DNA of 64,000 bases from an uncultured Candidatus Saccharibacteria bacterium (GTDB lineage: Bacteria > Patescibacteriota > Minisyncoccia > Phycocordibacterales > JACOZG01), in assembly GCA_964361825.1 (NCBI GenBank), contig CAYICB010000003.1, positions 2,643 through 66,642 of the forward strand, given 5' to 3'. Within the stretch, counting starts at the first letter, position 1, and each line of letters opens with the position of its first letter. This document shows, piece after piece, positions 1-8,078 of this stretch. The position numbers and the translations under genes were made by a program. Below the pieces are notes generated by a model that was given only the letters and a program-made list of their open reading frames with translations, searched no databases and had not been told where the DNA came from.

Positions 1-21
1 ATTTTAATGCAACTTGCCAAA

Positions 22-1551
22 TTAGCGAGCATATTCGATGGCCCGAGACTCGCGGATGGCCGTGATTTTAATTTCTCCGGGATATTTGAGCTCTTTTTCA
101 ATGCGGAGGGCGATCTCGCGGGCGATTTTGCGGGTTTCAATATCAGAAATTTCGCCCGGGCGCACAAAAACGCGTAATTCCCGACCAGCCTGAATGGCGT
201 AACTCTTATCGATTCCGGGGAAAGAGTTGGCGATATCTTCTAGATCTTTAAGCCGCTTGAGATAATTCTCGAGACTATCACGGCGCGCGCCGGGCCGACC
301 ACCAGAAATGGCGTCAGCCACCTGCACAATGATCGATTCGATGGTTTCGTAGGGATATTCTTCATGATGCGAGCGCATCGCCTTCACAATTTCTTTACTG
401 ACGCCAAATTTTTCGAGAATTCTGATGCCAATTTCCACATGAGTGCCGGGCACCTCATGATCGACTGCCTTACCAATATCGTGTAAGAGGGCGCCAGCGC
501 GCGAGACTTGTGGGTCGGCCCCCAATTCTTCGGCCAACATGCCCGCTAGATGCGCCATTTCTACCGAGTGTTGAAGCACATTTTGGCCATAACTAGTACG
601 GAAGTGGAGGCGGCCTAGGATTAAGATGATTCGCGGATCGAGGTTAAAGACACTCGCTTCGTAAGCCGCTTTCTCGCCCTTTTCCTTAATTAAGTTATTG
701 ATATTAGTTTTGGCTTTTTCTGTTACCTCCTCAATTCGCGAGGGGTTAATGCGACCATCGCTAATTAATTCTTCAAGCGCGGCCTTGGCAATGTGGCGGC
801 GCACGGGGTCAAAAGATGATAACACAATCGAGCCCGGTGTATCGTCAATAATTAGTTCCACGCCGGTGGCTTTTTCGAAGCTGCGGATATTTCGTCCCTC
901 TTTACCAATAATTTTACCCTTGAGATCATCGGAGGGGATTTCGACCAAGGTCGACATCACTTCTGGCACAGATGAATTGGCCAATCGTTGAATGGTGGTG
1001 GCCAGAATGTCGCGCGCTTTCCGTTCGAGCTCGGCTTGGCCATCATTTTCTAGTTTTCGGATGCGGACCAAGAGATCAGCCTCATTTTCTTGAGTAATGA
1101 GTTTAAATAATTCTTCTTTGGCCGCCTCTTGTTTTAAGCCGGCGATTCGTTCTAGTTCCGTCCGACGGTTATTCTCTAGTGCCTCAACCCGATCTTTAGT
1201 TTGATTAATTTCCAACACCTTCTGGCGCAATTCTTCCAGATCGCGATCAAGGTCAGTTTGGCGTTTATCTAGGGCGTCCTCCTTTTTCTCTACGCGCTCC
1301 TCGCGCTTTTTGAGATCCAGGTCTTTTTCTCGTTCTTTTTCTTTTACTTCTTTGAGAATAGTGTCGGCATCCGTTTCGGCCTTCTCGACAATTTTTTGGG
1401 CCTGATCCTTAGCCTCAAGCATTACTTGCTTGATGGTGACCTCCATGGACCCCTTTTGGCTCAAGGTAATTAACCAGCGGAGAAAATAGCCAAAAATCAA
1501 ACCACCCGCGGCGGCGGTACCGGCAATAATAATAAGCAGAGTGAGGTTCAC
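22..1551 (-). CDS. rny: ribonuclease Y
   Basis: N-terminal TM helix, long coiled-coil, KH motif (GKIIGKEGRNIR), HD domain (LLHDIGK..HH). Confidence 0.9.
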   Translation of the reverse strand: MNLTLLIIIAGTAAAGGLIFGYFLRWLITLSQKGSMEVTIKQVMLEAKDQAQKIVEKAETDADTILKEVKEKEREKDLDLKKREERVEKKEDALDKRQTDLDRDLEELRQKVLEINQTKDRVEALENNRRTELERIAGLKQEAAKEELFKLITQENEADLLVRIRKLENDGQAELERKARDILATTIQRLANSSVPEVMSTLVEIPSDDLKGKIIGKEGRNIRSFEKATGVELIIDDTPGSIVLSSFDPVRRHIAKAALEELISDGRINPSRIEEVTEKAKTNINNLIKEKGEKAAYEASVFNLDPRIILILGRLHFRTSYGQNVLQHSVEMAHLAGMLAEELGADPQVSRAGALLHDIGKAVDHEVPGTHVEIGIRILEKFGVSKEIVKAMRSHHEEYPYETIESIIVQVADAISGGRPGARRDSLENYLKRLKDLEDIANSFPGIDKSYAIQAGRELRVFVRPGEISDIETRKIAREIALRIEKELKYPGEIKITAIRESRAIEYAR

Positions 1552-1555
1552 AAAC

Positions 1556-2137
1556 TTAACTTTGAGTTTTAATAATACCGTCGATTAAGCCGTAATCTTT
1601 GGCCTCATCTGCCGACATGTAGTAATCACGGTCGGAGTCTTTTTCAATCTGCGCTAGGGTTTTGCCGGTCTGTTTGGCCAAAAGTTTATTGAGCCGATCT
1701 TTAATCTTGAGAATTTGTTTGGCGGTAATCGCAATGTCAGACGCCTGACCCTCGGTGCCACCGAGCGGTTGATGAATCATGATTTCGGCATTAGGCAAAG
1801 CAAAGCGCTTACCTTTAGCCCCCCCAGAAAGCACGATTGCTCCCCCCGAGGCGGCCAGCCCCACGCAGACAGTAGAAATATCAGACTTCACATAGTTCAT
1901 TGTGTCAAGAATGGCCATGGTCGAGGTTACTGATCCCCCGGGTGAATTGATATACATCGTAATATCCTTCTTTGGTCCCTCGGATTCGAGGAAAAGCAGT
2001 TGGGCAATAATCAGATTGGCCGAATGGTCATCAATGGGGCCACCAAGGAAGATGATGCGCTCCTTTAAGAGGCGAGAGTAAATATCGTAGGCACGCTCGC
2101 CAAAAGGCGACTTTTCGATTACGGTCGGTATTAACAT
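1556..2137 (-). CDS. clpP: ATP-dependent Clp protease proteolytic subunit
   Basis: ClpP family sequence (INSPGGSVT..., catalytic Ser/His region MIHQPLGG). Confidence 0.92.
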   Translation of the reverse strand: MLIPTVIEKSPFGERAYDIYSRLLKERIIFLGGPIDDHSANLIIAQLLFLESEGPKKDITMYINSPGGSVTSTMAILDTMNYVKSDISTVCVGLAASGGAIVLSGGAKGKRFALPNAEIMIHQPLGGTEGQASDIAITAKQILKIKDRLNKLLAKQTGKTLAQIEKDSDRDYYMSADEAKDYGLIDGIIKTQS

Positions 2138-2172
2138 GATAATTTAAATTTAAAATGAGTAATTCTGTATTA

Positions 2173-3159
2173 TTAAACATTTTCGAGTTTTTGCCAAGCG
2201 AGCGAGATTAAGAGCTCCTGCTCGGCGTAAGCTTCAATTTTTGCCTGTTCCAGTTCGGGATAATGACTTTTTAGGTGCTGAACCAGTTTTTCTTGTTCTT
2301 TTTGATCCACGGTGAGGGTTTCTGCTTTAATAATCGCCCCCAAGAGGAGGTGGATCCGGACGCGCTTCTCAGCCTCGGGACGATTGTGGAGACGCAAATC
2401 AGCCTCGGTCTTTTTGAGGTGGTTTAAATAATCTTCAAACTTTAAACCAAAACGCTCCAAACTAGATTTTAGTTCGTCCATCAAGCGATCGGCTTCGCTG
2501 TCGATCAAAATGGCGGGTAATTCGAAAGGGGTTTGCTTGATTAGTTCCTCGATGATCACGAGCCGTCGTTTTTCTTTGGCTTCTCGAGTCCGGTCACCCT
2601 CTAATTGAGCGCGAAGCTTGGTTTTGAGCTCCTGTTTGTCGGCTAGTTCCGGCGCCTTGGGGTTTTTGATCTCTAAATCGGTAATAATCTTGGTGATTTC
2701 TTCTTCGGTTACTGGCAGAGGAGCAATTTTGGTTGCCGCGACGGTTTTAATTTTGGCCCGGTAATCACCCAAGCTAAAGGTGGGCAGAACCGCCGTTTTG
2801 ATGATCAGACCGAGAGGGTTACCCTTAGCCAATTTAGTGATGGTAACTTGGGGCGAGCCCAAAGCATCAATTTGTTTGGCTTTGAGTAATTTGGGATAGA
2901 AGTCATTTACCGCCAATTCGGCCATTTCTTGGAGAATAGAGGCTTCACCCAAGTGGCGCTCTAGGGTTTCTTCTGGAATGTGGCCCGAACGAAAACCGGC
3001 CAAATTAGTGTTGGTATTTAGCCTTTTTAGCGCCGCAACCCGAAACGAGGCAAAATCGTCAGTTTCGATTTCGCCCCTAATTTCGATTTCAGAATTAGCT
3101 AAAGACTTAACTTGCCAATTATTGAATGAGTTCTCCTTCGAGTTGGTTGAAACTGTCAT
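2173..3159 (-). CDS. tig: trigger factor (short form, apparently lacking a full PPIase domain)
   Basis: ribosome-binding signature GFRSGHIP (GFRxGxxP); sits upstream of clpP as usual. Confidence 0.75.
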   Translation of the reverse strand: MTVSTNSKENSFNNWQVKSLANSEIEIRGEIETDDFASFRVAALKRLNTNTNLAGFRSGHIPEETLERHLGEASILQEMAELAVNDFYPKLLKAKQIDALGSPQVTITKLAKGNPLGLIIKTAVLPTFSLGDYRAKIKTVAATKIAPLPVTEEEITKIITDLEIKNPKAPELADKQELKTKLRAQLEGDRTREAKEKRRLVIIEELIKQTPFELPAILIDSEADRLMDELKSSLERFGLKFEDYLNHLKKTEADLRLHNRPEAEKRVRIHLLLGAIIKAETLTVDQKEQEKLVQHLKSHYPELEQAKIEAYAEQELLISLAWQKLENV

Positions 3160-3442
3160 CGGTTTCGCTAAAAGTGGCGGGATTATTAAGTTCGGCTTCT
3201 AGTTGATTGAGTTCGTCAGCCTCATTTGGTGTGGTTGGGTTGGTGTTGAGCACGCCTTCACCGGTGGCGGGGGTTTCTCCGGGAGTGAGATCGGTGGCAG
3301 GGGCCGAAGATCGAGAAGCTAAGAGATAAATTACCGCTAAGACCACAATTAGAATCACCACAATGGTGCCGACCATCGAGCTTTTGCGTTCAGGAGCATT
3401 CATTCCCGGTTGAAACATATTATTTGGTTGATCGCCGTTCAT
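3119..3442 (-). CDS. small single-pass membrane protein, hypothetical
   Basis: ORF with one hydrophobic helix and acidic low-complexity tail; overlaps tig start. Confidence 0.35.
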   Translation of the reverse strand: MNGDQPNNMFQPGMNAPERKSSMVGTIVVILIVVLAVIYLLASRSSAPATDLTPGETPATGEGVLNTNPTTPNEADELNQLEAELNNPATFSETDDSFNQLEGELIQ

Positions 3443-3467
3443 GTTTTTGTTTTAAGTTAATGATTAA

Positions 3468-3968
3468 TTAATTGGTAGTTTCTGTTGCCCGCACTAGTTT
3501 AATTGCTTCCATCAAGGTGGTATGAATCGTGCGGAGATTGGTGCGGATCTTCTCTAGTTCTGGACGGAGGGTTTGGAACGAGGTTTTGAGCTCGGTGGCC
3601 GATAAGGCGGTGGCGACCTTGGGGATTAGGGCGGCTAAAGTGCTTTTGACTTCGGCATTTAATTTGGCCGCTTCTTCTACTTTAGTTTTGGCCGTGGCTA
3701 GATCTGCTCCTGTGGCGGTTTTTCGTTCAAGGTGAGCCGATAAGCGGGTAATAGTTTCGTCGAAGCGGTTAGAAAGTTTGGTTAAACGCTCAATTATCCG
3801 CTGGCTGATGGTGGTTAAACGCTCTTTGCGTGTGGCCACTCGTTCAGCCACTCTTTCTTGAACCGCTTCTGGGGCAGTGCGGAGCGGGGTTTCTTGAGCT
3901 CGGCTGGCCGCTAGAGGAGAGAGGGCCAAGCCTAGGGCTAAAACGCCTAAAAGTTGGTTTTTCGTCAT
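3468..3968 (-). CDS. secreted coiled-coil protein, hypothetical
   Basis: signal peptide (LALGLALSPLAASRAQ), Ala/Glu/Lys-rich helical repeats. Confidence 0.5.
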   Translation of the reverse strand: MTKNQLLGVLALGLALSPLAASRAQETPLRTAPEAVQERVAERVATRKERLTTISQRIIERLTKLSNRFDETITRLSAHLERKTATGADLATAKTKVEEAAKLNAEVKSTLAALIPKVATALSATELKTSFQTLRPELEKIRTNLRTIHTTLMEAIKLVRATETTN

Positions 3969-4010
3969 TTAATTATAATTTTTTAATTTTTAATACCTTC
4001 CCGCCTTATC

Positions 4011-4535
4011 TTAGTGTGCTGGTCGCTCCTTGTAAAGTTGGCAACCGCGCTCGAAGACGGCTTCGGCCTCGGTGCGGCCAGAAAAGCCCTTGACCACCAC
4101 CTCTTTATTTTGCAGTTTTTTATAAGTGGAGTAGAAGTGTTCAAACTCTTTTAGGGTGTGAGAGTTAATGTCGGCCAAATCTTGGACTTTGGACCAGCGC
4201 GGGTCATCAAGCGGGACGGCAATCAGCTTATCATCGCCCTCGCCGCCATCGGTCATGTGCATCACCGCCACGGGTCTTACTCGCACCAAGATGCCGGGGA
4301 GGAGGGGGTAGGTGGTGAGAATAATCACATCTACCGGATCATTGTCTTCCCACAAGGTTTGGGGCACAAAACCATAGTCAGCTGGGAAGTCTTGGCTGGA
4401 GTGCATCACGCGGTCAAGGGCAATCAGGCCAGTGGCCTTATCTACCTCATATTTGTTTTTGGAGCCCTTATTAATCTCCACTACCACATTGATCGCTGAT
4501 TTCTCACCAGCGGGTAAATCATGCCACAGGTTCAT
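4011..4535 (-). CDS. ppa: inorganic pyrophosphatase
   Basis: family I PPase motifs (DPVDVIIL, NKYEVDK). Confidence 0.9.
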   Translation of the reverse strand: MNLWHDLPAGEKSAINVVVEINKGSKNKYEVDKATGLIALDRVMHSSQDFPADYGFVPQTLWEDNDPVDVIILTTYPLLPGILVRVRPVAVMHMTDGGEGDDKLIAVPLDDPRWSKVQDLADINSHTLKEFEHFYSTYKKLQNKEVVVKGFSGRTEAEAVFERGCQLYKERPAH

Positions 4536-5640
4536 GGTTTTTATTTTCTACTTGATTAGGTCCAATAATATCGATATTCCAACCGGTGAGCTTGGCCGCT
4601 AGGCGGACATTTTGCCCGCCTTTACCCACCGCCAGCGAGAATTGATCGGGTTCTACTTCTACTTTTACCGTGCGATTGATGCCATCCAGAATCATGCCTT
4701 TAATTTTGGCCGGGGAGAGGGAGTTTTGGATAAAAACTTCTGGATTATCGGACCATTCCACAATATCAATTTTCTCTCCGCCGAGCTCGCTGATTACGGT
4801 ATTGACGCGCACTCCACGCTGGCCGACACAAGAACCCACCGGATCAATTTTGCGGTCTTTAGACGCCACGGCCACCTTGGTGCGGGAGCCGGCCTCTCTG
4901 GCCACCGAACGGAATTCTACCACGCCGGAAGCAATTTCTGGCGCTTCGAAGGAAAAAAGCTTTTCCACAAACTTAGGGTGAGCGCGGGAGAGTTTAAGGT
5001 TAATGCCGCGCGGCGTTTCTTCTACCGCATAGAGATAAGCCCGCAGGCGTTCGCCTTGGCGATAATGCTCACCCGGAATTTGCTCTTCGTAGGGGAGAAT
5101 CGCGGTGGTGCGGCCAAGGTCTAAGAAGACATTGCCGCGTTCCATCTTTTGCACCTTACCCGAGATCACTTCGCCTTGTTTATCGGTATATTCGCCCAGA
5201 ATCGAGGTGCGCTCGGCCTCGCGGATGCGTTGCACAATTACTTGCTTGGCGGTTTGAGCGGCAATACGGCCAAAATCGTCTTTGGTTTCAAGTGGGAAAA
5301 TAAGTTCCTCGCCCACTTGGGCCTCGCGTTTAATCTTCTTGGCATCCTCCAGCATAATATGATGCTCTTCGTCGAAGACCACGCGCTCATCGCCCTCGGC
5401 CACCTCTTCGTCTTCGGTTCTTAGCTTATTTTCATCTACCACAATCCGCACTTGGTAAAACTCGGTTTTGCCACTATCGAGATCAAACTGGGCGCGGATA
5501 ATCTGGCCGCGCTTACCAAAATCCTTTTTATAAGCGGCGGTTAAGGCATCGCCAATCGCCCCAAGGATTTTTTCCTTAGGGATACCGCGTTCTTCCTCGA
5601 GTTGCTCGAGGGCCGACTTTAATGTTTTTAAATCAATCAT
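4519..5640 (-). CDS. nusA: transcription termination/antitermination factor NusA
   Basis: N-terminal domain, S1 and two KH domains; typical NusA length. Confidence 0.9.
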   Translation of the reverse strand: MIDLKTLKSALEQLEEERGIPKEKILGAIGDALTAAYKKDFGKRGQIIRAQFDLDSGKTEFYQVRIVVDENKLRTEDEEVAEGDERVVFDEEHHIMLEDAKKIKREAQVGEELIFPLETKDDFGRIAAQTAKQVIVQRIREAERTSILGEYTDKQGEVISGKVQKMERGNVFLDLGRTTAILPYEEQIPGEHYRQGERLRAYLYAVEETPRGINLKLSRAHPKFVEKLFSFEAPEIASGVVEFRSVAREAGSRTKVAVASKDRKIDPVGSCVGQRGVRVNTVISELGGEKIDIVEWSDNPEVFIQNSLSPAKIKGMILDGINRTVKVEVEPDQFSLAVGKGGQNVRLAAKLTGWNIDIIGPNQVENKNHEPVA

Positions 5641-5677
5641 AATTTTTTAAGAAAAATGTCCGGGCGGGAAGCCGGAC
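5641..5677 (-). terminator. hairpin GTCCGG/CCGGAC followed by U-run on minus-strand RNA, between the TA pair and nusA
   Basis: perfect 6-bp stem, 8-nt loop, then A/T-rich run in the transcribed direction. Confidence 0.35.
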
Positions 5678-5738
5678 AGGACTGCTAAGCGGACACTAGT
5701 AGTCTACTATGGAAGTTATCAAGAAGCAAATTATGGTC

Positions 5739-6056
5739 TCAATCTTCAGAAAATCGTCCTTTGATGTGCTGGGCGGTATGGTAAACACGAATTAATTCGA
5801 ATCGAGTTGGGGTGTATTTGTAAAAGATAAGATAACGGAAACCCCTTAATGGATGCCACCTAACCTTTTTCAGTTTAGGTTCGTTATAGATCCACAGAGT
5901 GCCTATTTCGGGCATTGAGGCCAAGGTTTTAATCGTTTGAAAAAGAGTGTCTAAAAACCGCTGAGCGGTTTCGTTGTCGGCGTGTTTAATTAAGTAAGCT
6001 GTTTGCGAATCTATTTCTCTTTGAGCGATTGGACGGACAATGACTTCTCGATTCAC
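5739..6056 (-). CDS. type II toxin, ParE/RelE family
   Basis: ~100 aa, ParE/RelE-like C-terminal region (WHPLRGFRYLIFYKY..ELIRVYH); preceded by a small antitoxin-like gene. Confidence 0.7.
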   Translation of the reverse strand: MNREVIVRPIAQREIDSQTAYLIKHADNETAQRFLDTLFQTIKTLASMPEIGTLWIYNEPKLKKVRWHPLRGFRYLIFYKYTPTRFELIRVYHTAQHIKGRFSED

Positions 6057-6064
6057 GGTTCGAT

Positions 6065-6262
6065 TTATTTTTTTTCGAGAAGGCGATAACGATCTTTAAG
6101 CCAAGCTTTAGTCATTTTCACCGGTTTGCCACTATTAAGAGAAGCCAACAAACTATTTTCGATTTCTCGATGCAGGTGCTGTTTTAAGTCTTCCGAAACT
6201 ACTTTATTTTGCACCCAAGCTTGTGTTTCTTTTGGTAAGGATATTTTTAACGCTGTTTTCAT
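6065..6262 (-). CDS. type II antitoxin, ParD/RHH-like
   Basis: 65 aa; N-terminal KISLPKETQAWV resembles ParD ribbon-helix-helix; 9 nt upstream of the toxin gene. Confidence 0.5.
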   Translation of the reverse strand: MKTALKISLPKETQAWVQNKVVSEDLKQHLHREIENSLLASLNSGKPVKMTKAWLKDRYRLLEKK

Positions 6263-6318
6263 TGTTTTTCAGTTTAACATAATTTTAGGAGTTATCAACA
6301 ATCAAGCGCTCTTAAAAT

Positions 6319-6663
6319 TTGCTATCATTTAGCCATATGATTCGCCAAGAAGATTTGCCACCGGTCAAAACCCATCATCCGGTAATTATTACGCTGATTA
6401 TTTTAATTTTACTAGTCGTTATTGCCATTACTTTGGGCTATTTTGGTTTGTGGTCTCCGGCCGAGCCATCGGCCTCTGGCCTTACCGCCGAGCAGAAGGC
6501 GCGGATTTTAGAATCGCTCAATGCACCCGCCAATCAGCCGGAGCTTACCACCGAGCAGAAGGAACGCATTCTCAAATCGCTCAATGCGCCGGTAAACCAG
6601 CCCGAGCTCACCACCGAGCAAAAGGCCCGGATTTTAGAATCGCTTAATCGGCCAGTGAATTAA
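6319..6663 (+). CDS. membrane-anchored protein with 3 tandem 21-aa repeats (LTxEQKxRILxSLNxPxNQPE)
   Basis: N-terminal TM helix, then three near-identical in-frame repeats. Confidence 0.55.
   Translation: MLSFSHMIRQEDLPPVKTHHPVIITLIILILLVVIAITLGYFGLWSPAEPSASGLTAEQKARILESLNAPANQPELTTEQKERILKSLNAPVNQPELTTEQKARILESLNRPVN
6481..6660 (+). repeat. 63-bp tandem repeat x3 (coding)
   Basis: direct near-identical 63-nt units at 6481, 6544, 6607. Confidence 0.85.
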
Positions 6664-6692
6664 ATTAATAAATAAAAAATTAAATAAAATTT

Positions 6693-7790
6693 ATGAATAA
6701 AATTATCGATTACGCCAAAATTATTGCCCTTGCCCTTGTTTTGATGGCTGGTGTTGCCACGGTCCGTGCTTGGGATCCGCCACCCGACGACCCACCAACC
6801 TGTCCAGCCGGCACGCCGGGGTGTTTACCGCCAGTAAATGTGAGTGCGATAGATCAAACAAAACCGGCTCGCCTCACTTTGAATAGTTTAGCCGCGGTTT
6901 TTGCGAAATTGACGAATGGTAACGATAGTTATCAATTACTAAACAACTTGGTTTTGGGTGTAAATGGCAAGGTGGGAGCAGACTCATACTGCACGGCAGA
7001 TGGTGCTATTTGCACATCAGCCGCCAATCTGGGCAGTGGTCCGGATGGGGGGGTGGCCAGTTTGTCTGCTCTCAATGGTGGTGGGGTTCATTTTAACGGA
7101 GGTGGTTCTTTTGGACCATTCACTGGCGCCGTGACCACGGCACTAATCCCTTGTCCAGCAAATAAGATTTTGAAAGCGAGCGGTCCGGTGGGTTGGAGTA
7201 ATAATCCCGGGTGGACATGCGCCGATGACTTAACAACTGGAAATGTGGGTGGAGTTTCGCAATTGCTCGCCGGAGATAATATAACTCTTAGTCCTGAGGG
7301 TGGTACCGGGGTGGTAACTATCACTGCCACCGGTGGTACGGGCGGGGGGGATATTATGGGGATAAACACTGATGCCAGTGGGGGGTTAAGTGGTGGGGTT
7401 AATGCTGGGACGGCTAGCTTGAGAATCAAGGCTTGTACAGCGGGTCAAATTTTGAAATATCACAATACGGAAGATGAGCTTGGTTGGTATTGTGAAGAAG
7501 ATGAGAGTGCGAGCGTAAATGCCTCTGTCACATCCCCATATATGGCCACCGACAACACCGAGAACAATAGCCCGGTTTCTTTAACCATTGGTTCGAATCC
7601 GGAATTTTGTGCTTTAAACGAGGTTAGACTGACGCTTGAGGACGGTTCTTATATCACTGAGGACGCGCCACCAGGCAGATGCAGTGTGTATAAAAACAAT
7701 GTTGGTGAGTGGAAGGTTGAAGCAGATTTGGCTGGTGCCAACAGTAATGCATCATTGTCTTGCACGGCCCTCTGTCTTAATTTGCAATAA
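6693..7790 (+). CDS. secreted Gly/Thr-rich protein with conserved N-terminal W-PPP..TC..PGC..NVS..QTK module
   Basis: signal peptide; N-terminal module shared with the 8079 protein; Cys pairs. Confidence 0.6.
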   Translation: MNKIIDYAKIIALALVLMAGVATVRAWDPPPDDPPTCPAGTPGCLPPVNVSAIDQTKPARLTLNSLAAVFAKLTNGNDSYQLLNNLVLGVNGKVGADSYCTADGAICTSAANLGSGPDGGVASLSALNGGGVHFNGGGSFGPFTGAVTTALIPCPANKILKASGPVGWSNNPGWTCADDLTTGNVGGVSQLLAGDNITLSPEGGTGVVTITATGGTGGGDIMGINTDASGGLSGGVNAGTASLRIKACTAGQILKYHNTEDELGWYCEEDESASVNASVTSPYMATDNTENNSPVSLTIGSNPEFCALNEVRLTLEDGSYITEDAPPGRCSVYKNNVGEWKVEADLAGANSNASLSCTALCLNLQ

Positions 7791-7844
7791 TCTTGACCCC
7801 AGCAAGAGCCACCCTTCCGGAGTTTAAATGATATTATAAATATT

Positions 7845-8066
7845 ATGACCAAAGAGGATCAGTTTATTAAATTTTTTCAAGAAGCGTCGGAAGACCGTAA
7901 ACAGTATCGGCGTGATGTGGTGGCGATTCATGAGGAAAACAAAGAGAATATGAAGGTGTTGCTGGGACGCTTCGAATCAATGGAAAAAAAATGGAAACAG
8001 CACGATGAAAAACTGGACACCATTATCGAAACAGTGGGTGAAATTAAGGTGGAGTTAATTAAATAA
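7845..8066 (+). CDS. small charged hypothetical protein
   Basis: 73-aa ORF between two paralogous secreted-protein genes. Confidence 0.3.
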   Translation: MTKEDQFIKFFQEASEDRKQYRRDVVAIHEENKENMKVLLGRFESMEKKWKQHDEKLDTIIETVGEIKVELIK

Positions 8067-8078
8067 TTTTTATAAAAC

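Noticed and set aside
698-991. 97-aa ORF inside and antisense to rny
   Set aside because: Shadow ORF within a conserved gene.
6481-6660. Possible CRISPR-like repeat array
   Set aside because: Units are 63 bp, contiguous with no spacers, in-frame inside a CDS, and there are no cas genes; this is a coding tandem repeat.
7575-7595. GGTTCGAATCC (tRNA T-arm-like motif)
   Set aside because: Lies inside the 6693..7790 CDS (encoding IGSNPEF) with no acceptor, D or anticodon stems around it.
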